DNA of 64,000 bases, taken from NCBI RefSeq assembly GCF_018977255.1, contig NW_024704743.1:26166001-26230000 (forward strand). Direction: 5' to 3'. The stretch is from Callorhinchus milii (lineage: Eukaryota). Below are positions 12,350 to 26,029 of the stretch, one piece after another; position 1 is the stretch's first letter; each line of letters opens with the position of its first letter. The translations under genes were made by a program, and so were the position numbers. Under the pieces are notes generated by a model, which was not told the origin of the DNA, did not search any database, and saw only the letters and a list, made by a program, of their open reading frames with translations.

Positions 12350-13765
12350 ATAAGACGTAACAGCAGGAGTAGGCCATTCGGCCCCTTGAGCCTGCCCCGC
12401 CTTTGCCACCTCTCGGCTGGACTACTCTAACGCTCTCCTCGCCGGTCTCCCATCCACAAAATCCAGATCATTCAAAACTCTGCCGCCCGCATTCTTACCC
12501 GCACCAAACTCCGCTCCCTGATCACCACAGTCCTTGCCAGACTGCACTGGCTGCCTATCCCAGAGAGGATTGATTTCAAAATCCTCACCCTCGTATTCAA
12601 GTCCCTGGACTCCTCTGCACCCCCCTACCTCTCTGACCTCTCTCGTCCCCCGAGTCTTCCTCTCCACCCTCGGCGGCCGTGCTTTCAGCCACTATGTCCC
12701 GTGGCTCTGGAACTCCCTTCCTCACTCCCTTTGCCTCGCTCCCTCCCTTCCTATTTTCAGGTCTCGGCTGAAGACCTTTCTTTTCGACCGCGCCTTTGGT
12801 CTCCTTCCTCTCCCTCCCCCGGCTCGGTCCCGGGATCCGTTACTGTCCAGCGCTCTGAGACGCCGTGCGGCGTGGAGGGAGCTATATAAATCCAGGTTTT
12901 TGTTGTTGTAATAAATTATGGATGATCTTCTAACTTAATTTCATTTACCTGCCCTATCCCCATATCCCTTAATACCTCTATCCTTTAGAAATCTATCAGT
13001 CTCAGTCTTGAATATGTTCAGTGACTGAGCATCTACAGCCTTCTGGGGTAGAGAATTCCACAAATTCACTACCCCATGAGTGAAGAAATATTCCTCAACT
13101 CAGTTCGAAAAGGCTGATCCTTAATCTTGAGACTATGACCCCTAGTTTTACATTCTCCAACCAGGGGAAACAGTCTCACGGCATCTACCCTGTCAAGACC
13201 CTTAAGAATCTTATAGGTTTCCATAAGATCACCTCTAATTCTTCTATATTCTAGAGGATTATAGGCCTAGTCTACTCAACCTATCCTCATAGGTCAACCC
13301 CCTCATCCCAGGAACCAACCTAGTGAATCTACGCTAAGGTGAGTATGTCCTTTCTTAAATAAGGAGAACAAAACTGCACACAATATTCTAGGTGCGGTCT
13401 CACCAAGGCCTTATACAACTGCAGCAAGACTTCCCTAACTCTTGTACTCTAACCCTTTTGCAACGACGCCAACATGGCATTAGCCTTCCTAGTTCCCTGC
13501 TGTACCTACATACTAATTATTTGTGTCTGGTGTACCAGGACACCCAAATCCCTCTGAATACTAACACTCCCCCTAGTACTAGTCTCTCCCCCTCTAGAAA
13601 ATAATCCGCTTTTCTATTTTTACTACCTAGGTGAATAACTTCACACTTCCCCACGTTATACTCAATCGGCCACCTTCTTGCCCACTCACCTAGCCTGTCT
13701 ATTTCCCTTTGATTTCTTCGTGTGTCATCTTCACAGCTTACTCTCCCACCTACCTTCGCATCGTA
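12350..13765 (-). mobile_element. CR1-clade LINE 3' portion, interrupted by an L2 fragment
   Basis: ORF DRLGEWARRWPIEYNVGKCEVIHLG is typical of the CR1 RT C-terminus. The CR1-type 3' end (GCAGGAGTAGGCCATTCGGCCCCTTGAGCCTG) lies at ~12360-12400. Confidence 0.88.
12402..12912 (+). mobile_element. L2 3' fragment nested in CR1
   Basis: SRLDYSNALLAGLP, GGRAFSHYVPWLWNSLP and FRSRLKTFLF motifs, with a (TTG)n tail. Confidence 0.88.
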
Positions 13766-15589
13766 GATCCACTGTGATGGAGGACCTTGGATAACAAAAA
13801 CTGGAATGAACACAGCCTCTTGCAGGCTGCCTCTTAAACTGGTTGTTTATAGATTTGGGATGGCTGTTTGATCTTGATTAAGCTCTTGCTAAATATAGCA
13901 TGAGGTAGATTTAGCTGTCCTGGCCCCCTCTCTGAAACTCCACTCCTAGGTCCCTCCATCGCGCTCTCTGACTCCCCCTTTTTCAGGGTGTATCTCTGGT
14001 GTACCATGCTTTCGTCATCTTTCACCCCCTCCCCCCACTCACCTTTTCCTCCCCCGCCCACCCCACCACGCCATCATCTCCAGTAGGCACACCTTTTCAA
14101 CATGAAAGGCGCCTATAAAAGTGTAAATTGTATATTGTCTTAAATTTCTAACTTGAACTAGTCTTGTGCTTTTGACAGTAAGTGCATTTGTTCAATTTAG
14201 CATGTTCCTTTTGATACAGCGGTATTTCATCTTAAATTTTAATAACGCCACGACATGCTCATTGTCTCCTTGCAGGTGTTTTATGGCTATTTAATTTTCA
14301 CTTGGATCCTCTTTATAAGAACGGGGGAGGTTATTCCTCTCGTGCCCGTTCCCACTATTTTATTAGTTCATGGCAGTGCTTTTATCTTTTTGTTATCCAC
14401 GTCCTTAAGATACTCTTCCTACCCAACGATCTGGCTTCTTTCAATTCACTGTTTGTTGGATTAAGTGGATTGTTTCCTGACTGTCCAATTTAACATTTTC
14501 AGGCGCTTTGAGTCATTCATCCTGTGTGAAAGGCACTAGATATTTGTTTTTTTTGTTCAGCTGAGTCACTCATGAAGAAGCTCATCACTATCCTTAAGAG
14601 TAATGCAATTCAGGCTGGGAGTTCCATATGTGTGTATTGCCTACACATGGAAATTTACCTCTGAATGGAATATACACTCTCTTCTCAGAGGGTTTAACCT
14701 GATTAACTAATTTTGGAAAATTTGGGGCTCAGGTTGGTAAGTGTCAAGGCTTGGAAACCATGTCTAGCAAGCTTCCTGCTGCTTTTCCAGTCAGGACCAC
14801 CCTACAGGGTTAACAGGAGTTGAGTGGGAAACTAACTAACCGCTCCCACTTCCCCCACCCCGAAGGACAGACAAGGGCAAAGTGTTAGTAGACTTCAGTC
14901 CCCAGATTGCAAAGTTGGCATAACTCCAATCTCCAGATTCTAAAACAAATAATTGTTGATCTAGTATTAAAAGTGGAGCCAATAATTGGAGACAGTAAGA
15001 TTTTATAAGATTATTGAATAGAATAGCAGGTGAGCCAGTAGTAGCTATGATTGGTTTGGTAAATTACCACACAATTCTAATCTGGATGGTACCATTTGCA
15101 GTATTCTGTGGTGAGTTTTGGAAAGAAACCTGCTTTAGGAAAGACTGTCTATCCAGTTGCTGCATAGGTATTGAGGTCTTTGGAAATGCAAGCTGCACAT
15201 TGTGGTCACTAAAGGCATACTCTGAATTAAATTTCTGATTATCATCCTCCAAGCTCCAGTACTCCACTGCTCACAGCAATACATGAGGTGCTTTCTCAGT
15301 GACATTAAATTAATATGATCAAGATCATTTTCTACAATGAATGGTACTCCGATTTGGTTAAAAAGGCAGTGAATATTAACAGATGCTTGAATCTCGGCCA
15401 AAGATTACAAATATTTTAAAATAGAATTGCATTGTAGGTGGGGGAAATATTTAGTTTTCTTAAGCTTTCATGTCTCTGTGTTTGTGTGTATAAATGCACA
15501 TGTGCATAATACGTGTGTGTGTGCCCGTGTGTGTCTGCTCCAAATGCATGTATAAACAACCTGAATCACACTGTTCAACAAGTTTGCCA

Positions 15590-15935
15590 GCCTGGCTCTC
15601 TAGGTAGCACTCTGGTCTCTGAGTCAAATATTGTAGTCCAACATTGGGACATTCAGCTCATAGTCTCGGCTGACAATGCAGTGTTTGGGAAGCGTTGCTT
15701 TGTCCGAGGTACATATTTCAGATGAGACGTTAAACCGAGTCCTGTTTGACTGTTCAGGTGAACATTGAAGATCCTGTGACACTAATTCAAGAAAAGAATA
15801 CAATTTCTACCAGTATCCTAGCTAACAGTTTCCCAAATAAAATTGGTCCTTCATGCTTGTGGGGATATAGGCTGTGCGCTAATTATCCTGTGAAGCACTT
15901 TGCTGATAATGTGATGAGGAGCCATATAAAATGCA
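15590..15935 (+). mobile_element. Old Deu-domain SINE (SacSINE1/AmnSINE1-like), degenerate
   Basis: TTCAGATGAGACGTTAAACCGAG...GTTCAGGTG core shared with 2715-3020, 21730-22142(-) and 44662-45078. The family name is recalled. Confidence 0.7.
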
Positions 15936-17319
15936 CAGACTCTGACAATAGTTCATCAACTGTAGATTTTTTTCCTCAGCAGGGTTAAGGCTGCTGGATT
16001 TGACTTATTTGCAAAGAGATGCTTTCTGACAAGTAATACTTTCCATAACTTCACCAACTCTTGGCTGCAGTGAGCTGGGTGCTTGTTCTCTGAGTTCTAG
16101 TTGCAAACTGTAGTAGCAAACAGCATTTTCTGTGACTGAAATGACTGACAAAAGCTTGTTTCCACAGGGATTCTGCATTTTTGATAATGCAGACGTGTGG
16201 CAACATCTCCTCTTGAGATTTCAAAAGCTTTTCATAAGGGTTCATTTTTGTATTCTACAAAATGTTATGCTTTTCTTTCAGTCCTCAAAAAAGGCTAATT
16301 TACTTCTCTCGATAAAGCCTTGCAAGATTCCTGTAAGAAAGCGGACTAGTTTTCAGGGGAAGGAGTTCTTTGTGAATTTGGATTTAATATTTGAGTTATT
16401 GCATGCATACTTTACTAGAGCTAAACAGTGGCTGTAGAGATGATGGCTTGTGACTGCTCCTGTAACCTTTTCCGAGACCAGAAGTGGTCTCAAAGTTTCT
16501 CTCTTACATTATAGGATAGTATAGGTTTTGACCATAATTCTACTGCTGTATTACAAAACTACCTTGTCACTGGTTGTTGTGCCCAAGCTTTCACTTGTGT
16601 GTTGAACCGACTGTGAACTTAGTAACGTGGGGTTTAGGGTAAGGTCAGATTGTGACCTTCGAATCTATCCGGTGCCTGATGTTTATCATACTTTATTGAA
16701 GATTGAAAAAATGGAGATTGATAATAATAATAATCCCTGCATTTGATATAGCGCTTTTCATGTCTTCTAGACTTCTCAAAGTGCTTCACAGAATATTCTG
16801 TAAAGTGAATTGGCTGTATATTTTGTGGGTGAAAATAACATGGATGGATATGTTTTGGTATTAGAGAATAAATAAAAATACCTTGCATTTATATAGCATC
16901 CTTCACGTGGGGTTATGTCTGAGCACTTATAACCAAATATTCTGGAAGATTTATAAGGATATTCAGTTCGTACTTTTTACTGACCCTGGCGAGTTGAGTT
17001 TATAATCTCATGCTAAACACATGCTTCCAAAGTTGGGAAATTTACCAACAGGCAGAAAGTAACTCTCTACGTCTCCAGTCCTGTCTGGATTCTATTCATT
17101 TGTGGACTGTCATTGGTCAGAGTTAAATAACTTCTTATAATAATTGCATTTGATATAGTGTCTTATGTTAAGATGTGTCAAAGCACTTCACAGGATATAT
17201 TGTAAGGCGGTTTGACTGTGTGGATGAATGTGGTAGGGTATTTTTATACAGCCATGTCCCACAAACGTAGCATGATATCCTGAAGTTTTAGGCTTGTTTT
17301 TTGGGAGAGGTTATCTGCA

Positions 17320-17655
17320 TGTGTGAGGACCTGGGCTAATTTTCCGGCAGCACAAAACCTCAGGCAAGTTTCCTTGCTCCACAGACCTCTGTTTACCTAG
17401 CAGTAAGTAGGAATTGTTAGTTGATTGGCGGATCGCTTTTCCGAGGGTAATAATACCTTCAAAAAAATATTAAAAATAATAATAATTTGGTCACTCAATC
17501 CACGACTGTTTTTGGGACACTGCTGTCTGCAGTTGGTTGCTGTGTTTCACCCACAAAATATACAGTCAATTTACTTTACAGGATATTCTGCGAAGCACCA
17601 TGAGACATCTTGAAGATGTGATAAGGCACTATATCAAATGCAAGGATTATTATTA
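17320..17655 (+). mobile_element. tRNA-Deu SINE, longer subfamily, degenerate head
   Basis: GGCAAGTTTCCTT...CCTAGCAGTAAGTAGG...ATCAAATGCAAGGATTATTATT. Confidence 0.85.
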
Positions 17656-20600
17656 GATTATTCGAACTGCTTGCTTCATGGCATTCTTAACAGTGGAAGA
17701 CATTACACTATGGGAAACGGTAAATACAAGCCCTTTAATACTGCTGTAGCTACTTTTAGGATGCAGTATTGTTTCCAAAGCGTGAAAGGTTGTGTGGTGT
17801 GTAAGACTTGTACTTTAGAGGATCGCCCACTGTTCAACATGTAGAGAAAGTTAAAACAGTATATGAGCAAGGAGATGGAGTGCTGAAGGGAGGATGATGC
17901 ATGAAGAGTTGAAAATGGGTGTAAGAAATAGAGTTTTCTTCAATGAAATTCCCTGCAGGTCAGCTTGACTAATGTCCATGGTAAGGAATGAGCAAACGGA
18001 GCTAGGGGTGGAGTGTTGGAGACAGGTTGAAGCTTGTGATGAGCTAGGAATGGGTGTAAGAAGGTGATTGTCATTGTCATAGATGAGCGCATTGACAGTT
18101 TTCTATAGCTGAGGTGGAATTCCATGTAAATCGGCTTACTACTTGTACATACACAGCATTTTATGCGCTTATGAATAGAAATTAGCCACATTATTGTGCA
18201 CAGCCCCTAAACAAAGACTAACCTCATCCACTCAAAGTTTTAAAAGCTTTGTGAACAGCTTAAATGGCACAGTTGCTAAAGTACTCGTGGATAACATGAG
18301 CCACCTTAGGGGAAGAAGCCAGCATTTAAAAGCAGCCCTGAGTGAAAATTTATGATGGAAGAACTATTATCATTGTATTATACCACCAACAACAACAAAG
18401 TTACATTTGTATAGCGCCTTTCACGGCGGGAGGACATCCCAAGGCACTGACTACACTGGTCTATTATATTCGCAATATTAACAGAAATGTTAACTGCAGT
18501 GACTTAAACAGTGTTATGAACCAGTCAATCTTAGCTGGGTAAATGTCAATGATTCTGCAATGTCAGTTTGACAGTTCTGTAGTTTGAAATCATGGGAACT
18601 GTGACTCATGTGAGGAAATGACAATTATTCTACTCTTTCAAAAGGCTGTCAAAGTACATCAGAATATTATCCTTTGATCACTAGGGAATGCATTTAAGCT
18701 TAGCTCAAACCAATGGGAAGAAATCTCTCTTTTTGATAGTTGAGAAAGGAATGGTATACTTCAATGTATATCAAATACATTTGAGCTTTCTACGAAGTTC
18801 GAGTAATTGGCTTTCTTTAAAGCACAAAATTGGTCCAGTGAACCAAAGTTTGTTTTGAAACTAGAATTGAATCAAAGTGGTCAGATAGTTTAATTTGCCA
18901 AAAGCTTGAAAAGTGAACAAATTCAGACGCTTAAAGAGGCAGAAGGCTCCTATTTGAGTACTAAGTAAAAGCATGTATTGGCATTGAAACTACACCACAC
19001 AGACCAGAAGGCACACCCTGTGGTTTAATTCCTTTTTTAACTTCATGATCTAAGGTTGTTTTGCTGCTTATTTTCTTTTCTTTTTTGTTGAATGTCACTG
19101 TGGTCACTTTGTTGGAGGTGGTGGTGGCGGACTTCCCCATTCATGTAGCGTTTTCTTTCTAAAGAAAATTCCTTTTTATATCGCAAGACTTTTCCTCCAA
19201 AGGAATTCAACTGGAGGACTTGGAGAGAGAGGTGAGAGGCCTCAATCTCGTTCCATCTAGCGTTTTGATTTGATGGATTCTAAAAATAGTTTCCTCTATT
19301 TATTTCAAAAACAGGCTTGCTGATCATTCCCCATTATATATATTTTAATGCCTACGAATGCAATGCTCTTTCTAAATAACTTCAAATAAAGCTTCAGTTA
19401 ATTAGATGACTTCATTTTTATTGTAATAAAATGTAATAATCCTTACATTTGATATAGCACCTTTCAGATTGGAAGGACATCTCAAAGCACTTCACAATAT
19501 ATTTTGTAAAGTGTAATGACTATGTATTTTGTGGGTGAATGCAGTAGCCTAATGCAGTAATGTCTCTCAAACAACCATGAAAAAAAAAGACCCAATTTTA
19601 TTCATCGCAAAGAAACTGTTTGGCTATCTGGTTGTGCAACCACAAAAAACATTATTTGTAAAATGTTAATTTGGCACTCCCGATAATTTAGAAGCCTTTT
19701 TTTGTTTTGATTTTAGATTATATCTGATTGCTAAACCTCATCTTTTTTAAAAAAAAGTAATGGAATACAAGTAAACTGACCAATACTTTTCATTCCCAAT
19801 GTTGAGCATCGCTGAGCAGCCAGAAGCAGTAGTAGTTTTTTTCTGTACTATTCTTAAATCAAATAAATCTTGCTTTTATACATAAACTGTCCCTTAGTTT
19901 ATGTGAATTCCTCCTATTAAATTCTTAGAAACCTTGTGGATTCGAAATTCTGCAGTTTTCTGAATGGTTGAATTAAGAGGACCCTGTGTTCCCATTTGAT
20001 CTCATCCTTTCAAATATTCAAATCGTACAGCTCTCCCGTTACAGCATCAAGCTGTTTTGTAAATTAATCCAGTGTCCCAACCTGTTCCAGTTGTTAAGTG
20101 GGTAAACAAATACTTCCTGATGTCCGTCCTGAAATTGCCCCTTGCTACCCTGCACCTGTACCGTGTTCTTCTGCCTTGCAGTATTTGAATGTATTGTTCC
20201 GGGTTTACTTTCTCAATCTCATTTATAACCTTTAAATTCTCAAGTGTGGGGTAGCGGGAATTTGCCTTCAGCAGACTCAAAGACCAGTCGGTGTTAAATA
20301 ATGCAAGGTCGCTGAATTGTTTGCAGGTTGACAACAGCAACAGTTACCCCATAATTTCAAAGTTGTTAGCCCTACAATTGGTGAGTAAATCTGAGTCAAT
20401 TGTAAAATTTTAGAAAGGGACTTGGACAAACATGTAAAAAGCATAGGGGAAAGAGATGGGATTAGAGTAAATTGCTTCGTTGGGGAAGCTAGCACCAGTA
20501 CAAACACAGGCATAATGAGCCGAATGACCTCCTATTACTGAAACCTCTGGTTCTATTTTTAGTATCTAACCACTTATCATTGGCGCCTGAAGCCTTCTGT

Positions 20601-21164
20601 ATTTTGGCTTTTGTATTTGAAACAGAGTACCTTATTTGTCCGTGCTTGGATTAGCATGGCTGTGTATACTCTCTAGATAATGTAGAGTATTTAGTGCCTG
20701 TTTCTGAACTGTAAGGTTTTTTAAAAAAAGCAAGGACTCTACAGAACTGCTGAGTACATAGAGAGCCACAAAAATTTAAAGGACGTGAATAATTATTACT
20801 GACGGTGCTTCATTCTATGAATGAATATTTCTCCCCAAACGTACTGCCTATCCTCAGTCACAGCACTTGCTGCTTCCAGTTAACTGAATGTGCAGACTGA
20901 CTGGGCTGGAGTCAGGATCTAGAAAATAGAATTTTATTTTCCTACTTGCTTATGATGGTGAAAAATCTCTTCATATTAGAAGCTCATTTAAAAAAAATAC
21001 AATTGTGGTAGAAGTATGAAAGCAGCCAGACTGCGGTGGGATATATTTTATATGTTATACTCTAGCTGTAGGCTACATATTCTTGGGTTGAAATTCTACT
21101 CAGCTTCGCATGTAACTCCTTTAGCAATGTCAGCTGTTGATGGGATTTCCCTCCATTAGAATTG

Positions 21165-21696
21165 AACATTGACAAATGTAGGAAGGATGTTAAGGCATTG
21201 GAAAGGGTGCAGAGGAGATTTACGAGGATGGTACCAGGAATGAGGGACCTTGATTATGGGGAAAGGCCAGAGAGGCTGGGATTATTCTCATTGGAGCAGA
21301 GAAGGTTACGAGGAGACCTAATAGAGGTCTTTAAAATCATGATGGGATTTGATAGGTTAGAAAGGGGAAAACTGTTTCCATTGGTGGGTGTGTCAGTGAC
21401 TCAAGGTCACAGATTCAAAATAGTTTCTAAAAGAAGCAGAGGGGAGGTGAGAAGAAATTTTTTCACGCAGTGAGTTGTTCGAATCTGGAACGCATTGCCT
21501 GAAAGGGTGGTCGAGGCCGATTCGATAACTACTTTTAAAAACGCAGTGGACGGGTATTTGAGGAGGAGGGTTTGCAGGGTTATGGGGAAAGGGCTGGGGA
21601 GTGGGATTGACATTACATTGCTCTTTTCAAAGAGCCGACACAGACTCGATGGGCCGAATGGCCTCTTTTTGTGCTGTAAAATTCTATGATTCTATT
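21165..21696 (+). mobile_element. CR1-clade LINE 3' end
   Basis: KDVKALERVQRRFTRMVPG...LGLFSLEQRRLRGDLIEVFKI...RRNFFTQ, ending in the CR1-type ATTCTATGATTCTAT tail. Confidence 0.93.
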
Positions 21697-21729
21697 TTGT
21701 ATTGTAAGCCTTCCATTTGTTATTGCGCT

Positions 21730-22142
21730 TTTCACGATGGGGTAAAATGGCTCAAAGCAATTTGCAGGCTTTACTGTGAAGAGGAGTGATTAAGTGACTG
21801 TGTATTTTGTAAGCAAACACAGCAGCCAATTTATGCACAAACAGCAATGTAGCAAATGACTGACTAATTTGGAGGACTATTGGCCAAGACACCAGGAAAA
21901 ATTCCCTTCTCTTTTCGAGTAGTCCCATGGGATCTTTAATGTCCACTGAACAGGGAGATGGGACCTCGGTTTACATCTTGACTGAAGGATGGTACCTCCA
22001 ACGATGCACCCCCCACTCCACTCCCCAAGCATTGCACTGGAGTGTGTCAGCCTGTCCTACACCTATGAGCTCAAGGTCTTGATGTGGCACTTCAACCCAT
22101 GACCTTCTGTCGCAAAGACGAGAGCAGCTGAGCCAGGCTGAT
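21730..22142 (-). mobile_element. Old Deu-domain SINE
   Basis: Reverse complement of the GATCCCATGG...CCTGGTGTCTTGGCCAA...AATTGGCTGCTGTGTTTG core. Confidence 0.72.
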
Positions 22143-22760
22143 GCCATTCAAATCAACATGCTCAATATTACTGAGGTTCTGCATCATATTCTACATTTGT
22201 TGTGTGCAGGAGAAGATACAATTTAATGCTTGTTAGACACGAATAATGAATGATTAAAATGACCTCCTGTGTCGTATCATTTTGCCCACAAAGTATAGAG
22301 TCACTGCACCTTACAGTATATTCTGTAAAGGGCTTTGAGACGTTTCAAAGACGTGATAAAGCGCTATAACAAAGGCAAGGATTATTATTATTATTATTCT
22401 ACAATGTCAACCATCCATCTGCCTTCATCGCAAGCAACTTACTACCGAGGTGCAAGTATCTCACCAAAACCAAAGTAAAACAAGCTGCGTGAACACCGAA
22501 TGTAAATGACCATCCCTGTGAAGTGCTCTGAGACTATGTCCTATGTGAAGTTTACTATATAATTGCAAATAGATTGATGTAAGAGTTCGATGCATTTTAT
22601 ATGTCTGTTAAACCCTTCCTTCTATAATGTAAACCTTGACACTGCAAGCTGGGTGTGTTTCTCTACTTCCAGCAGCCCGACCGACTCGAAAGGCGCTATC
22701 AGTACAATTTGTTGTTGTTCTTAAAAAGTCTTTTTAAATAAATAAGGATTTGTATTCCAG

Positions 22761-22914
22761 GGGCAAATCTTGCAGGACCATTACCTTTGATCAATTTAAG
22801 GAAGGCCTTGAAGAGCTCGCACTGAAGAGATTTAAAGGCAAGGCTGATGAGGAAGCTGCCCAACAATTGTACAAGTTAATTGAAGGAAAATACCCGATCA
22901 TTTCTGGTGTCACG
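22761..22914 (+). CDS. TPPP: TPPP second coding exon ([12 protein letters not shown]...YPIISGVT)
   Basis: Acceptor tattccag|G completes the AA+G Lys codon. 154 nt. Donor ACG|GTACGT (phase 0). The peptide matches vertebrate [16 protein letters not shown]...EGKAPIISGVT. Confidence 0.97.
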
Positions 22915-24030
22915 GTACGTCCAAAAGTTTTTTTCTTATTAGAGCTAAGTATCCATTTTCTGTTACATATTTTAGTAGGGAATATTGCACGATTTGAAAG
23001 TTAAACAGGGAAGCCTTAGATAATTGTATTAACAGAATGCATTATCACAGATTGCTCACTCAAATAGCAGATGCTGATGTATCAGAGGTATGTGTTTCTG
23101 TCTTTCTATAGTTTGGTAAACAATGTAGAATGTCACAGTAATTGTTTAATTCCAATACTACGGAGTGTTCTTCAAACAACATGAAAAGAACACGTTGGGG
23201 TGCAATGGATTTAGTCAGTCTCTTTTTTAAGATGAATGTTCAAAGCATCATAGAAACTTACAGCGCAGTTTAACATTGCTCTTCATTGTTGTTGTGTAGA
23301 TGATTCAGAGAAATGTACGTTTCCACGTGTGTAGAAGGATATACAATAATCTGTGCTCCTTTGCAAAGATGACCTGATCTTCAATACCCTTGTGCAAGCT
23401 TTCTACTGCCTACGTGGTCGGTACGAGTCTAACTTGGGGAGATCCTCCTCTACGTGTGTGTGTGTGTGTGTGTCTGCTTGCATATATGCAGCTTCTAATC
23501 CAGTCAAACCTGGACGAGCATATCAGAGAGTGTCAATCAGGCAGACAAGTTCAGCTGTTTGAATAAGTTTGGTGTTTCACCTCCTGCTCGCACACCTCAT
23601 TCACACTCAACTCTCGTTCTTAAATTGTGCTTTGTGGAGCACATTGAAACCTCCTGGTTACACCACTGTGTCTGTTTTGTATGATAATTATACAGCCCAG
23701 CAACCAATTTATTGATGAAAGCAGTTAAACTAAAATAGTGACTCTTACTGCTTTAGGGCACAAAGCATTTTGAAGTGAAGGCTTGCTTAAGATGAACATG
23801 GAGAGGCTGACTGCCACACCTGCTTGTTAACTGCAATTTAACATTAAGTAGTTTACACTAGGGCAACAGTCAGAACAATACAGTAAACATTGCATAATTC
23901 TTATCTTTATCAATTGTATAATCGCCTAAGTCGTACATGCACCCGAGTCCCGTTCAGTTTCCATTTAAATTTCTTTGCACTACCTGTTAATCATCTCCTA
24001 GCTCGCTCCCCTGTCCTCCATTACACCCCC

Positions 24031-24293
24031 ACTTACCGGCTGCATTGAATCGTGGAAAATTATGTCCTGACCTGTTGCCGAGTGTGCACTTACCGGCCGG
24101 CTGCATTGAATCGCAGGAAACATAGTCTTGATGCATCGACGCATGTGCAGAAGAACTTAATTTCCCCGCATTTCACTGAGATTCCAATGCTTGCCGGCAA
24201 GTGTGCATATGGCAATGGGTCAAGATGCATTGCATCAGGGGAAACATAGACTTGACTCGTCAACGCATTTGCAGTTACCGGCTGCACTGAATT
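24031..24293 (+). repeat. Degenerate ~60-bp tandem array in the last TPPP intron
   Basis: TTACCGG..CTGCA(T/C)TGAAT at ~24031, 24088 and 24273, and GGAAA(C)AT..(G/A)(T/C)(C/T)TGA at ~24054, 24116 and 24240. Confidence 0.7.
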
Positions 24294-24576
24294 AAGCAGG
24301 CGCAGTGCAGATTATTGATTAAATTAGATTTTATTAGACTTGTACAAGTCTGCCTGCAACTCAGACTTTGTAAGTCATATTAAATCTTATGGTCCCAATT
24401 GATACAACTTGTGTGAGTTTTACTGTACTGCTTTGCTCACAGAGCTCAACTGTGAGATGCCAGGCATTTCTATGAGAAAATAAAACTCTGAAGATCGGCT
24501 GAGGGTGTAAGATTCTATTTTAATATCAGAAAACCTTTTCTTAAGTACGATATTCACGTTATTTCTTTCTCTGCAG

Positions 24577-24777
24577 AAAGCAGTGCTGTCTCCCACAGTG
24601 TCGCGGCTTACAGACACCTCAAAATTTACCGGCTCTCACAAGGAAAGGTTTGATCAAAGCGGAAGAGGCAAAGGAAAAGCGGGCAGAGAATATCTGGTGG
24701 ACAAGACCGGCTACGTAGCTGGGTATAAACACGCTGGCACGTACGACCAGAAAGTGAAAGGAACTAAGCACGAATAA
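24577..24777 (+). CDS. TPPP: TPPP last coding exon ([25 protein letters not shown]...GTKHE*)
   Basis: Acceptor tttctttctctgcag|AAA, phase 0. Contains [16 protein letters not shown] and the Rossmann-like GRGKGKAGR motif. TAA at 24775-24777. Joined CDS is 672 nt = 223 aa + stop. Confidence 0.97.
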   Translation, partial: KAVLSPTVSRLTDTSKFTGSHKERFDQSGRGKGKAGREYLVDKTGYVAGYKHAGTYDQKVKGTKHE

Positions 24778-26029
24778 ACTCTTATTAAACAAGAGAATTC
24801 ACCAGCTTATCCATGTCAATGCAATCCATTCCTAAGGAAACCTCCGATTAAAAGAAACTAAAGACCCAATATTTTTTCATTTCAATGTATTTCCAGTCTG
24901 TTAAAAAAGCCTTAGTATTTTGTTTTAAAGAATTGTTGCATTGAAGAGACTGATGCTACTGGTAGAGGGTAACTGCTATGCTCAGCACAACCTAAACTCA
25001 ATTTCCCCTTTTGCCTTCCCTCTTCACTCTCCAGTCTCTTGTATCATTGATGAAATGAATGATTGGCAATGGTTAATGACTTGTTCATGTCCTTGGCTGG
25101 TGATGGACTCCCATATTGGATATTAATACTTTACAGATATGTCATGATCAGTGAGCCTGCCAGGAGATAATAAATGATGCTCCTTGTTCATTAAGGAGAG
25201 AAATGGAGGTGGTTCATTCTGAAACACTGTGGTGCGAAATCACCATGTCTTATTGTCTAGCAATGTACCTGCTGCATTGATTCCATGAAAGTGAGTTAGT
25301 TACTCAGGAGATCGCTCCATCTTTGCAGAGTAAGGATGATTTGCTGAGGAAAGGCCGTAGTATTTTGGAAATGGTAAAGGACCATGAAAGCATCCTGTGG
25401 GAGTGGGGCTCTGATCAAAAGCCTGAGTGGAAAAGAAAAGGCAGGTTTTCAAAGGATTCCTGGAGGGAGCATGACTGAAAGCATCCCTGGCTGGAAACTG
25501 CTCTGCACACTGATTTGATCCAAAGCCAAAAGTTGTTCAATGCGAATTGGACAAGGATGTTCAGCCAAACTTTCCCAAAGAATGTTGTCCCCTCAAAATG
25601 GGGTGAAGGAAGCATCGGCCAATTGCAGTGACCACCGGCTGTGGGTATTCCATGAATGGGACCCAGAAATGTAAACACCACTGGTTGTTGGGGAAAATCT
25701 GAACTTGCTTGTAGTTCCTGACTGACAACAAGCAGCACTATCAACTGGCTTAGAACAGGAGAATCTCACAAAAGTAACACAGACCGAGAAGCTTTTTTTC
25801 TTCAGTGAAGAAAAAAACAGTTACCTATAGATGCCTGTACTGATGAATTGGGCCATTTGTAGTTATTGATTTTAGAGGTTTGGTATTGTTGTGGGAATGA
25901 GATAATGTGAGGAATACGGCAAAGATTTGCAGTACTGTTGGGGCAGATGTCCAAGATGAAGCCGGTGCATGCCTTTGTACAGCTCATCTTGTGCCTCGGA
26001 AAAGGGAATATCATTCCTACTAATGTCCT

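Noticed and set aside
24031..24293. Repeat-spacer appearance resembling a CRISPR array
   Set aside because: The repeats are degenerate, the intervening sequence is itself partly repeated, there are no cas genes, and the context is a eukaryotic intron.
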